This document shows, piece by piece, positions 1 through 7,830 of a DNA stretch of 20,000 nt. Position numbers and translations under genes: made by a program. The DNA is taken from IMG/VR virus record IMGVR_UViG_3300032221_000327, one strand, 5' to 3'. The stretch comes from an uncultured virus (IMG/VR IMGVR_UViG_3300032221_000327) (taxonomy: Duplodnaviria > Heunggongvirae > Uroviricota > Caudoviricetes). Below the pieces are notes generated by a model, which worked only from the letters and a program-made list of their open reading frames with translations, was not told the DNA's origin and ran no database searches. Each line of letters opens with the position of its first letter. Positions within the stretch are counted from its first letter, which is position 1.

Positions 1-56
1 GCTTCGGCAGTACATGGCCGTGCAAGCCAGTTCCCTGAAGGCTGCCGATGCAATGC

Positions 57-434
57 TCACTGAAGCGGGGCAGTCGCTCCAGCAATATGAGCAGCAATCA
101 AACGGTGCCAAAAGGGGTCTTTGGCCATGGAAGCACTGAGCAGAAAGATTGTCCAGCTCGACGTATAAGCAAGATTGTACTTACGACAATCTCTTTCGTA
201 GCCTGAGCCAGTAACATGGCGACCACGACTATAAACGGCACCTTGGATTTCGATGCCAGTGCGAGAGAGGGGATGAGCAAAGTCAAGGCGATAGCGTTTG
301 GAATGTTTTGACCGGGAATAGCGCCCTAGATAATCAGCTTCCCAGGCATCAATAGCACTATATTCTCGCTCAAGAATAAGCGATGGATTGGTTGCTTGCC
401 ATTGCTTGAGAAATTGATCCTCTAAGGCGCTCAT
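57..434 (-). CDS. PD-(D/E)XK endonuclease-like protein (Vsr/DUF559-like)
   Basis: 125 aa; RYRLDFA...IEIQG...GRHVTG.GYERDC.KYN.A...W pattern typical of phage restriction-endonuclease-fold proteins; starts 2 nt after the dcd-like stop. Confidence 0.75.
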   Translation of the reverse strand: MSALEDQFLKQWQATNPSLILEREYSAIDAWEADYLGRYSRSKHSKRYRLDFAHPLSRTGIEIQGAVYSRGRHVTGSGYERDCRKYNLAYTSSWTIFLLSASMAKDPFWHRLIAAHIAGATAPLQ

Positions 435-436
435 GC

Positions 437-1006
437 TTAGATGGCAGTGGCCCTCACTGTAGCGCCCTGATCTTGATAGACGCCCGTGTAAGGAGTGGCG
501 ACAGTGCCGCAGTCGTAGAACAGCACTTGTGCGATGCCTTCATTGGCATAAAGACGCATGGGATTGTTGGTGGGATTGATGAAGCACATGGTCAAATGGC
601 CGCACCAACCGGGTTCAATGGGGGTGACATTGGTGATCAGCCCTCGACAGGCATAAGTGCTCTTGCCTTGCACAGTGGCGAAGACGTGATTTGGCATCGT
701 AAACCGCTCCAGACTGACACCAGCGCCTGCGGAAAAGGAAGGCAGTAGGAAGAACTCGCCACTGCTGTCGCGCTGAGACGCAAGGAGAGGGCCGTCCAGC
801 GGGGACGACTTGGGAGAGACGCAAGATTCGCGGGTGTTGTAGAGCAGCTTGAACTCGCCAGGTGCTAGGCGAATGTCGTAGCCACACTGGGAAAGCCCGA
901 AGCTAATCACTTTCCTTCCATTGTCTGTCCTGACCTTCTCCCCGACGTAGGGGAACAGGATGTCGTTTTCAGCAAGTGCTGAAATGGCCTTGTCGTTGAG
1001 AATCAT
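437..1006 (-). CDS. dcd: dCTP deaminase-like protein (trimeric dUTPase/Dcd fold) with atypical catalytic residues
   Basis: Start revised to ATG at 1006 (MILNDKAI). Motifs ISFGLSQCGYDIRL, GKSTYA, NVTPIEPGW.GHLT, YANEGIAQVLF, YQDQG match the Dcd family. Confidence 0.85.
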   Translation of the reverse strand: MILNDKAISALAENDILFPYVGEKVRTDNGRKVISFGLSQCGYDIRLAPGEFKLLYNTRESCVSPKSSPLDGPLLASQRDSSGEFFLLPSFSAGAGVSLERFTMPNHVFATVQGKSTYACRGLITNVTPIEPGWCGHLTMCFINPTNNPMRLYANEGIAQVLFYDCGTVATPYTGVYQDQGATVRATAI

Positions 1007-1056
1007 GGTTGTTGAGGAATGAGGGCAAAGACTGTTGAGAAGGCGGAGAGTCGTGG

Positions 1057-1230
1057 CTACTTGGAGCTGACCCCGCCAAACAACCCTGCCAGTGCCCAGC
1101 AACCCAGTGCAGCAGGCCAGAATGGCACAGACGGCCAGATGGAGACGATCGCCCAAGCAAGCAAGCAGGCAACGCCAAATGAAATACCGATTGCAACAGC
1201 AATAGCCAAGGCGAACAGAAAGAATTTCAC
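1057..1230 (-). CDS. small two-TM membrane protein (57 aa)
   Basis: Hand translation from GTG 1230: MKFFLFALAIAVAIGISFGVACLLAWAIVSIWPSVPFWPAALGCWALAGLFGGVSSK*; fills the gap in a co-oriented operon; below the ORF-track cutoff. Confidence 0.7.
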   Translation of the reverse strand: MKFFLFALAIAVAIGISFGVACLLAWAIVSIWPSVPFWPAALGCWALAGLFGGVSSK

Positions 1231-1246
1231 GATAGGGAAGCGCGGA

Positions 1247-1272
1247 GAAAAAGAAAGGGCGCAAAGGCGCCC
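1247..1272 (-). terminator. intrinsic terminator/attenuator after putative SSB gene
   Basis: Minus strand GGGCGC-CTTT-GCGCCC followed by TTTCTTTTTC. Confidence 0.55.
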
Positions 1273-1291
1273 CGGAAATCAGCAGCAGGCG

Positions 1292-1543
1292 TCAGAACGG
1301 ATCGCCGCCGTCCAGTGGGCCATTCACCCACACGCTGGCATAGCCCTTGGGGCCATCCTTGTCGCCCTTCAGCTTGACGGAGCCCGTATAACCAGGCGCA
1401 CGGTCGCTGTTCTTCTTGGTGTTCTCCCAGACGGCAACGTCCAGGCTGTAGTTGCCGCGTTCGTTCGGGCCTTTGGCCTTCAGTGCATTCAGCACTTCAG
1501 GGGTGAGATCGACGGCAGCAGTGATCGGGGGCCGGTTGGCCAT
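1292..1543 (-). CDS. putative single-stranded DNA-binding protein (DUF736-like)
   Basis: 83 aa; N.K..DRAPGYTGSV and ASVW motifs; acidic-aromatic C-terminal tail DGGDPF resembling the SSB C-terminus; follows annealing protein and exonuclease genes. Confidence 0.55.
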   Translation of the reverse strand: MANRPPITAAVDLTPEVLNALKAKGPNERGNYSLDVAVWENTKKNSDRAPGYTGSVKLKGDKDGPKGYASVWVNGPLDGGDPF

Positions 1544-1591
1544 GGTGTTTCTCCAGAGGGAGTATTGGAAGCCCCGTGGGGCTCGCCCATA

Positions 1592-2353
1592 TTACCCACG
1601 ATCGTCCGTTATGGCAAACGCTTCGCCCCCTGGGTAGTGAAGGTCAAAGTATTTACAAATGAGGCCCTCCACGGCGAACTGCTCAGCCGCCAGCTCAAAA
1701 GCAGGCAGCGGCTCAAGTTGCAGCTCCGGCTGGCTGCTGGCATCCTCGGGGTCGTAGCAGGCAATCACATCAAACGCACCATCGAGGCGGATGTTGTGCA
1801 TCTGCTCAACGGCCATGGCATAACACACCAACTGCCGGCGATAGTCCGTTAGCTGCTCAGGGCTCTTGAGCCTGTAGCTGGTCTTCCAATCAACCAGGGC
1901 AATGGAACCGTCTTCCATTTCGGCCACCATGTCAAGCGTACCGGCGTAGCCACAGCGGCTGCCGTCCCACCACGCCACGGCACTTTCCACAAGGATGGGC
2001 CGCCTGATCTGCGCCAGGAAGGGCAGGACCGTTTCAAAGTATGGGCGCCATTGCGGCTGGCTGGCAAGGTGGTGCTCAATGTCCAGCTCTTGAAACCAAT
2101 CCTCCAGCACGCCATGCAACCATGTGCCCCGATCGGCGCCAAGGCGAGTGCGACGGTTGGCCTCTGCATCCCCCACTCGCTTCCGCCAGTTGATGAGCGC
2201 CATGATCTTCCCCACTGGCGCCATGGCCCCCAGGAAAGTGGTCACACTGGGCAGCACCATGCCTTCCGGCACGTTGGGGAAGCCGGTGGTGATGTAGTGG
2301 CGCTTTTTGTTGATGCTGATGCGTCGTGGCTGGTGGTGCGACAGGGTGGTCAT
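1592..2353 (-). CDS. PD-(D/E)XK exonuclease (Cas4/lambda-exonuclease-like superfamily)
   Basis: LPSVTTFL, WRKRVG..EA, RGT.LH..LE, E....YAGTLD, LVDWKTS, QL.CYA.A motifs; start taken at MTTLSH (2353). Confidence 0.85.
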   Translation of the reverse strand: MTTLSHHQPRRISINKKRHYITTGFPNVPEGMVLPSVTTFLGAMAPVGKIMALINWRKRVGDAEANRRTRLGADRGTWLHGVLEDWFQELDIEHHLASQPQWRPYFETVLPFLAQIRRPILVESAVAWWDGSRCGYAGTLDMVAEMEDGSIALVDWKTSYRLKSPEQLTDYRRQLVCYAMAVEQMHNIRLDGAFDVIACYDPEDASSQPELQLEPLPAFELAAEQFAVEGLICKYFDLHYPGGEAFAITDDRG

Positions 2354-2458
2354 GGCGAGCAGCGGAGAAAGGAAACGGTACAAACAGAAAAAGCCCTGCT
2401 AGAAGTCGCTAGGCAGCGAGTTCAGCGGGGCCCCGTCAACAAAAACAAGCGCACCAGC

Positions 2459-2480
2459 AAAGGCCCGCGCAAAGCGGGCC
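2459..2480 (-). terminator. hairpin just downstream of the Sak3-like gene
   Basis: GGCCCGC-TTTGC-GCGGGCC plus short TTT on the minus strand, 10 nt after the stop. Confidence 0.4.
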
Positions 2481-2490
2481 ACTGCCAGTT

Positions 2491-3423
2491 CTACTGCTTT
2501 CCCTCCTTGAAAGCCACCATTGCAGCAATCACATGGTCAGCCGTGCCTTCCATGCAAATAGCACGGAACTTAGCCATGCTTGTCTTCATGGCAGCAGCAT
2601 CAATGGAAAGAGATTCTGCTTTAGCCCATTGAACAATCATCGTGGTGGCCACATCCGCAAACGACTCGCGGTTCTTAATGTCGTCGCCTTTGTTCATGCC
2701 GTGCTGCTGCAGGGCAGCCTTGCCTTGCAGGAGGCTGGCCCGTTCATCTGCATATTGCAGCGGGTTGGCCTTGCAGACGGTCAGGAGCATCGTCTTGCCA
2801 TCAAAGGCAGGAGCAGCAGCGGGAGCGGCAGCAGGGGCCTCAGGGGCCGGCTCAGGAGCAGCAGGAGCAGTAGCAGCAGTAGCAGCGGCTTCTGCGCGAG
2901 GGCGGCGCGTGCCCTTGGCAGGTGCATCGGCAGCAGGAGCCTCGTCCGACTGCTTCGGCACGTCCTCTCCTGCGTAGAGCTTCAGGCCCAGGCCCGTGAA
3001 CGTGGCAATGGCCTTCACGGAAGCCCGTTGCATGTTGTCGCTCACTGCCCTTGCATCGAGCTTGGTCAAGGCGTTGTGCTTGTTGTCCATCAGGGGGAAC
3101 ACAAGCGCAGGCGTGCGTTGCGTGCCATCCGTCAGGAACGGTCGCAGCAGCCAGCAGCCCTCCTGGCCAAACACCGGCCATCCGTCTTGCGCTTCCTCAA
3201 AGCTGACAAACAGCGTGGGGAAGTGCTGCTTCATGTAGCGGTAGGCGAACGGCCAGCTCAGGTAGGACAGGCCTTTGTAGTTCTGCTCAACGTGATCGCC
3301 AATCGGCGCCTCGTAGGCAGCAGCGAAAGCCTCTGCTGAGACTACCAATGGAGGGAAAATGCCAAGCTGCTTCTCGGCAAGCATCACTTCACAGAGAGCA
3401 GAGCGGGACGGTTCAGAAGTCAT
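2491..3423 (-). CDS. Sak3-like (DUF1071, Rad52-fold) single-strand annealing protein
   Basis: KGLSYLSW, FPLMDNKHN, QRASVKAIA..TGLGLKLYAGEDVP motifs, then an Ala/Pro linker and a C-terminal helical domain. Confidence 0.8.
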   Translation of the reverse strand: MTSEPSRSALCEVMLAEKQLGIFPPLVVSAEAFAAAYEAPIGDHVEQNYKGLSYLSWPFAYRYMKQHFPTLFVSFEEAQDGWPVFGQEGCWLLRPFLTDGTQRTPALVFPLMDNKHNALTKLDARAVSDNMQRASVKAIATFTGLGLKLYAGEDVPKQSDEAPAADAPAKGTRRPRAEAAATAATAPAAPEPAPEAPAAAPAAAPAFDGKTMLLTVCKANPLQYADERASLLQGKAALQQHGMNKGDDIKNRESFADVATTMIVQWAKAESLSIDAAAMKTSMAKFRAICMEGTADHVIAAMVAFKEGKQ

Positions 3424-3667
3424 TGTCGGGCTTAGCGGGAGAATAGGCAGTGAACAGCAGCAGCAGTTTAACCGGCTGCTCCTCAGGGAACAGCAGACTG
3501 GCGCCTGGCAGTGGCCAGTCAGGCATGGCGCGAAGGTCCGTGGGCGTTTGCAGAGGCGCTGCCTGTTTCAAGAACAAAGGCTGCTCGTCCATCAGCACCA
3601 CTTCCGTTTCGCCACCAAGGCTGGTGCTCGCACCTTGGAGGTGGGCGATCAATTCGTCAATGGTCAT
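3413..3667 (-). CDS. hypothetical phage protein
   Basis: 84 aa; MTIDELIAHLQ...ETEVV N-terminus common in phage ORFs; ATGA overlap with upstream gene and overlap with downstream gene. Confidence 0.7.
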   Translation of the reverse strand: MTIDELIAHLQGASTSLGGETEVVLMDEQPLFLKQAAPLQTPTDLRAMPDWPLPGASLLFPEEQPVKLLLLFTAYSPAKPDNDF

Positions 3668-3894
3668 TCAGCGGATGCGGAGGACGGGGAAGCGTGGTCA
3701 ATACAAAGGGGCCACGCTCCATTGGAGAACGTGGCGCCGCCTTCCCACACGGGCGTGGAGCGAATGAGACGCTCCATGGTTTCCGATCGGGACAGGCCAG
3801 CATCAGAGGCAATGGCAGACAAGTGATCGACAGCCCCTTGCGACAGGGTGAAGTGACGCTTGACTTTGCCTCCGGTGTACAGGCTGCTAGGCAT
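3664..3894 (-). CDS. ribbon-helix-helix (CopG/Arc-like) transcription regulator
   Basis: Start revised to ATG 3894; KVKRHFTLSQGAVDHLSAIASDAGLSRSETMERLIR fits the RHH strand-helix-G.SRSE-helix pattern. Confidence 0.75.
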   Translation of the reverse strand: MPSSLYTGGKVKRHFTLSQGAVDHLSAIASDAGLSRSETMERLIRSTPVWEGGATFSNGAWPLCIDHASPSSASAE

Positions 3895-3909
3895 GAGAGG
3901 GTGCAGGGC

Positions 3910-3943
3910 CTCCCCACAATAACCTTCATCCCCACCATGGCAA
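3910..3943 (-). promoter_or_regulatory. sigma70-type promoter of leftward operon
   Basis: TTGCCA-16nt-TATTGT-GGGGAG on the minus strand upstream of the RHH start; same TATTGTGGGGAG core at 14319-14330 and 19825-19836. Confidence 0.55.
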
Positions 3944-4033
3944 TCATTTTGGCGATAAGCGGTGCTTATAGGCGCTGCTCTCCCCATTGAGCGGCCTGCG
4001 GGGCACAATGGAGCCGTTGTCCTGAAATCGCGC

Positions 4034-5956
4034 ATGGCGTTTTCGATCCTCGACCACTTGGAAGCCCTGGAAGCAAGTAACCAGCCAGGGAAGTATCTAT
4101 GCCCAGCGTGCAACAGCAACGACTTCTCCGTCAACAAAACCACTGGTGGTTACAACTGCTGGCACGACCCCAGTCCAGCGCATCGTGCTGAGATTCGCAA
4201 TGCACTGGCGCCCATGCAGCGGTGGGAGAAGCCTGCCCGTGCCCCGAACACCTACACCTTCAACTATGTCGATGGGACAGGCCGTGACGTAGTGCGCGTC
4301 AGGCGGGATGATACGGCTGGCCGCAAGCAAATCTGGCAAGAGTTTCCCACGGTTGACAAGACCGAACGGGGGCAATCGCAGCAAGTGCAGGAGGCACGGG
4401 CCAGTGTGCTGCCATTCATGTATGACAAGGCGATTGAGGCTTCTAAGGCTACGGGTCTGCCAATCTTCGTCGTGGAAGGAGAGCTTACCTGTCAAGCCTT
4501 GTGGGCGCTTGAGATACCATCCATCACCTTCCTGGGTGGCAGTAAGCAATACCGCACGAATGGCGACTATTCGCAACTGCTCAAGAATCAGAGGCTAGTG
4601 CTATGCCCAGACCGTGACGAACAGGGCGTGGCCTTTATGACGGAAGTGGCCACTGACAACCCTGGCGCACAGTGGCTGTACGCTGATCCACGTTCTTGGG
4701 AGTGGGACAATCTGCCTTCTGGGAATGGTTACGACGTAAGTGACTACATTGAAGAAGGCGCCACAAAAGACGACTTGCTTTCATCTATTGGCCCTTGTCG
4801 TCACAAAAGTCTAGATGGCAAGCCATCCTACGAAGAAATCATTTCCACCATCGAACAATTCGTCGGCCTTTATGCTGATGATGCTCGCATAGCGTATGAA
4901 GCTGCGCATTGGCTTGAGCAGCGCGGCGTGAAGATGAGCCAGCAAAACATCGACTTGATTGTTGATGCAGCCAAGGGCAGGCTCTATGGCAGAGAAGAGC
5001 TTGAAACCATTGATGCTCTCACCATTGCCAATTCTGACAAGGCAAGAGAATGGCTTATTGCTGGCATTGTGCCGCTTGGCAGTGTAATGCTATTGGCCGC
5101 AGTGGGCGGGGCTGGCAAAAGTACAGTTGCCTATAACTGGGCACTTCATGTTGCTCTGGGCACGCAATGGAGCGGACGTAGGTGTATGCAAGGCCGCACG
5201 TTAATTATACAGAGCGACGAACCATTGATTGATACTAGCGAGAAGTTGAGCGTGATTGGCTATCAGGATGCCGGCATTGAGCCTGGCACTGTGGAGTTCT
5301 GGGAAACCTGGCGGTTTTCGCACATGCGCCAGTTGGAAGACTACGTGCGCAAGAATCGCCCTGCGCTGGTGGTGATTGACAGCCTGACGGCTTGCATGGC
5401 AGGCATGAGCGTAGACCTGACCAAGAGCAATGCTGGTGATTCCATCTATGGACTGCGGGATATTGCCAACACCTACCGCTGCTCCATTCTGATTCTCCAC
5501 CACCTCAACAAAAGCGGAGGACTGCGCGACTCCACCAGTTTCGTGGACAACGTGAGCGAAGTGGTGAAACTGACCCGCGCTGAGAACAACTTTGACAACA
5601 ATCAATTCGTCCTGGAATGGATCAAGAGCCGGTCAGGACTGACTGGCAAGCACGCTTTGCAGCGTGATGCCATGAACTATGGCTGGCACTATGCAGGCCC
5701 CCTGGAGGGCAGCCTGGAGGAGCTGGACAGGGTGGTGAGCGTCGTGACCATGCGCAAGACAGAACGGCTCAGCAGGCAGCAAGTGGCGGCACTGTCTGGC
5801 TCCTGGGACATTGCCTCAACGGGCAAGATGCTGGAAGTAGCAAGGCGGCAAGGACTCATCACTTCATCGTTCCAGAATGGCCCGAACGGGGAACACTCTC
5901 GCCTGTACCATTCTTGGGACTACGTAGACTACGACGACGAAGACTCTATCATTTAA
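4034..5956 (+). CDS. DNA primase-helicase (Zn finger + TOPRIM + RepA/SF4 AAA_25 helicase)
   Basis: Start ATG 4034; CPAC...NCWH Zn motif; VVEGE, PDRDEQG, YDVSDY TOPRIM motifs; Walker A GGAGKST, Walker B VVIDSL, ILILHHLNK. Confidence 0.9.
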   Translation: MAFSILDHLEALEASNQPGKYLCPACNSNDFSVNKTTGGYNCWHDPSPAHRAEIRNALAPMQRWEKPARAPNTYTFNYVDGTGRDVVRVRRDDTAGRKQIWQEFPTVDKTERGQSQQVQEARASVLPFMYDKAIEASKATGLPIFVVEGELTCQALWALEIPSITFLGGSKQYRTNGDYSQLLKNQRLVLCPDRDEQGVAFMTEVATDNPGAQWLYADPRSWEWDNLPSGNGYDVSDYIEEGATKDDLLSSIGPCRHKSLDGKPSYEEIISTIEQFVGLYADDARIAYEAAHWLEQRGVKMSQQNIDLIVDAAKGRLYGREELETIDALTIANSDKAREWLIAGIVPLGSVMLLAAVGGAGKSTVAYNWALHVALGTQWSGRRCMQGRTLIIQSDEPLIDTSEKLSVIGYQDAGIEPGTVEFWETWRFSHMRQLEDYVRKNRPALVVIDSLTACMAGMSVDLTKSNAGDSIYGLRDIANTYRCSILILHHLNKSGGLRDSTSFVDNVSEVVKLTRAENNFDNNQFVLEWIKSRSGLTGKHALQRDAMNYGWHYAGPLEGSLEELDRVVSVVTMRKTERLSRQQVAALSGSWDIASTGKMLEVARRQGLITSSFQNGPNGEHSRLYHSWDYVDYDDEDSII

Positions 5957-5975
5957 GGACTACGAACGATTAGCC

Positions 5976-6122
5976 ATGAAGATTCTGTGGGACGCCAATG
6001 TGCCTACCACTGGGCCGGCGCCGGAGGGGAAAGAGCCTTCGGCGCCCGCTGCGCCTGCTCCTGCCGTTGTGAAGCCTGCAGCCAGTGGCGAGGCAGCGCA
6101 AGGGACAGTGCGGCGCTCCTGA
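5976..6122 (+). CDS. small Pro/Ala-rich hypothetical protein (48 aa)
   Basis: Hand translation MKILWDANVPTTGPAPEGKEPSAPAAPAPAVVKPAASGEAAQGTVRRS*; starts 19 nt after the primase stop and ends before a terminator. Confidence 0.55.
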   Translation: MKILWDANVPTTGPAPEGKEPSAPAAPAPAVVKPAASGEAAQGTVRRS

Positions 6123-6131
6123 TCGTGCGCC

Positions 6132-6166
6132 AATAAAAACCCCCCAGCGATTGCAGTCGCTGAGGG
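6132..6166 (-). terminator. terminator between convergent gene blocks
   Basis: CCC.CAGCGA/TCGCTG.GGG stem with TTTTTATT tract on the minus strand. Confidence 0.6.
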
Positions 6167-6189
6167 AAGCTGGAACCAACGGGCTTAGC

Positions 6190-6381
6190 TTAGGGCATGG
6201 CTTCGCCTGAGGCAGTGACTGAGGGTTCTTTAGGAGGGCCTGGCAAGCGCATTGCTTTCCATCGCTCCCTTTCTAGGGCCGCTTGCGAGGCCTTGTCTTT
6301 TGCCGCCATCCAAGCACGCACTGACTGGCCGTTTTTTGGCCCATTGGGGGGCAGGCGAATGATTTGAGAGCCAGGGTTCAC
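6190..6381 (-). CDS. hypothetical protein
   Basis: Open frame ending before the terminator; start uncertain (GTG 6381 chosen). Confidence 0.4.
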   Translation of the reverse strand: MNPGSQIIRLPPNGPKNGQSVRAWMAAKDKASQAALERERWKAMRLPGPPKEPSVTASGEAMP

Positions 6382-6539
6382 GCATGAGAGGAAGTGGAGC
6401 GTTAAAACTATTCCCCGTGGAACATGCCATGGGGAATAGAAAGAGACTTGACTGACAGGCAAGTGCTAGTCAACGCCTGATGCGCGATAGGTAGACGCAC
6501 AAGACAATCAACGTGGCCAAGTTGATGATGCTGTCGCTT

Positions 6540-6776
6540 TCAACGACCACCATGGTTGTGCTCCAGCTCGTCAGCGATCGCGTGAAGCCAGTGCGCTGAC
6601 ATTTGAGGATCAGGCACGCGATCTGCGGCGGCACGCAGGGCGGCGGCCATCCCAAGTGCGTGATAATGCGAACTCGGGTTTTCGGTCTTGAGTAACCTAT
6701 ACCATTCCGATACGCGCTTGTGGTAGGCATTGAGCACCGCCTGAGCATCGGGGGACAGGGACCGTGGTTCAATCAT
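6540..6776 (-). CDS. hypothetical phage protein
   Basis: LSPDAQAVLNA...AAALRAAADRV...AIADELE pattern I recall from cyanophage small ORFs; ATGA overlap with upstream ORF. Confidence 0.7.
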   Translation of the reverse strand: MIEPRSLSPDAQAVLNAYHKRVSEWYRLLKTENPSSHYHALGMAAALRAAADRVPDPQMSAHWLHAIADELEHNHGGR

Positions 6777-7330
6777 TGTTCAGGGTCTCCAATGTGATTG
6801 GGCGCCGGGGAAAGTGTATCAGCAGCGAGCTGATGCACACGATCTACCACGACGTTGAAATGCTTGTCGCTGTCGTCATTTACAACAGTCATCTCGTTTG
6901 CGGCTTCCAGCAGCTCAAGGCACAGTTCGCGCCAATCAGCAACCTGGGAAAGCCTCTTCACGTTCTCTTCGCGCCAAGCCAGATATTTGAGTCGCTGGTT
7001 CATTCCTCCCCCTTCCCCGCAGGCAGGGGGCAGGGCGGTGGCGATGGCGTCGGACCATTCCTGTGACCAGCCGGGGCGATTATGCGGAACTGTGTCGTCT
7101 AATTCAACCAGCCGCTCCAATGCGGCACGAAAATCAATGCTCATTGTGCCTCCTGCGCAGCAATGCCTAGCAATGCCTTCCAGAAACTTGCCAGTCCACA
7201 CACCACCAAGTAGGCGGGCTTCTGTGGCGCAGTCAGTGACTATGAAACGAGCAGCTCTAACACAGAACGCACAGGGCTCAGCGCAGTCAAATGGACAGGC
7301 CCGCTGAGCAAGGGCCGAAAGCGTAAGCAT
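6773..7330 (-). CDS. hypothetical, apparently modular phage protein
   Basis: 185-aa ORF with Cys-rich N-part and internal Met at 7144 and 7003 preceded by GGAGG-like tracts. Confidence 0.55.
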   Translation of the reverse strand: MLTLSALAQRACPFDCAEPCAFCVRAARFIVTDCATEARLLGGVWTGKFLEGIARHCCAGGTMSIDFRAALERLVELDDTVPHNRPGWSQEWSDAIATALPPACGEGGGMNQRLKYLAWREENVKRLSQVADWRELCLELLEAANEMTVVNDDSDKHFNVVVDRVHQLAADTLSPAPNHIGDPEQ

Positions 7331-7404
7331 GAGAAGAACAAAGAAGGGAACGGAGGGGATGGAGGGAACGAGGGGGATGAATGGACGAAATGCGGAGGCA
7401 GGGA

Positions 7405-7662
7405 TCAGTTGGCGGGGCCCACAGCGGAGAAGAGGCTGGGGATGGCGTAGGTGCTGCCGGGGGTGTTGGGCGCCGCAGGGCCAATAGCCGTGGGGCGATC
7501 GTTCACCACACCAGAGGCACCACCAGGGGCACGCATCATGGCACGGGCCTCACGCACGGAAATGCCATACGCCTTGGCTACGCGGCGAGCGGGGCCAGCA
7601 AAGGCGGGAGCGGCAGTGGACAGGAGAAAGCCAGCGGCCAGAAGCAGGGAGAAGGAACGCAT
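7405..7662 (-). CDS. secreted hypothetical protein
   Basis: Start revised to ATG 7662; Sec signal peptide MRSFSLLLAAGFLLSTAAPAFA (AxA site). Confidence 0.7.
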   Translation of the reverse strand: MRSFSLLLAAGFLLSTAAPAFAGPARRVAKAYGISVREARAMMRAPGGASGVVNDRPTAIGPAAPNTPGSTYAIPSLFSAVGPAN

Positions 7663-7714
7663 GGTGAGAAAACACATGACGAAAGGGACAGGCTCAAACC
7701 TTGAACCTGCCGCC

Positions 7715-7742
7715 ATCCTACCCACAACTCCCCGCCTGTCAA
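7715..7742 (-). promoter_or_regulatory. sigma70-type promoter
   Basis: TTGACA-16nt-TAGGAT upstream of the 7662 start. Confidence 0.55.
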
Positions 7743-7798
7743 TTACTTGGGTGAACGGACGCAACGGTGCCGCTGGCTTGCGGCTTCTTCGCGGAAGC

Positions 7799-7830
7799 AA
7801 TAAAAAGGGCCCCTTGCCGGGGGCCCTTTC
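7799..7830. terminator. intrinsic terminator (stronger on the minus strand)
   Basis: AAAGGGCCCC-TTGCCG-GGGGCCCTTT inverted repeat with A-tract on the left. Confidence 0.65.

Noticed and set aside
1007..1264. N-terminal extension of dcd
   Set aside because: Family similarity starts at M1006, and another frame encodes a plausible membrane protein there
1019..1852. 277-aa plus-strand ORF and other long antisense ORFs (e.g. 2533..3339, 16955..17833)
   Set aside because: Shadows of well-supported genes on the opposite strand in GC-rich DNA
1592..2353. Cas4 / CRISPR system
   Set aside because: No Fe-S Cys cluster motif, no other cas genes and no repeat-spacer array; the context is phage recombination
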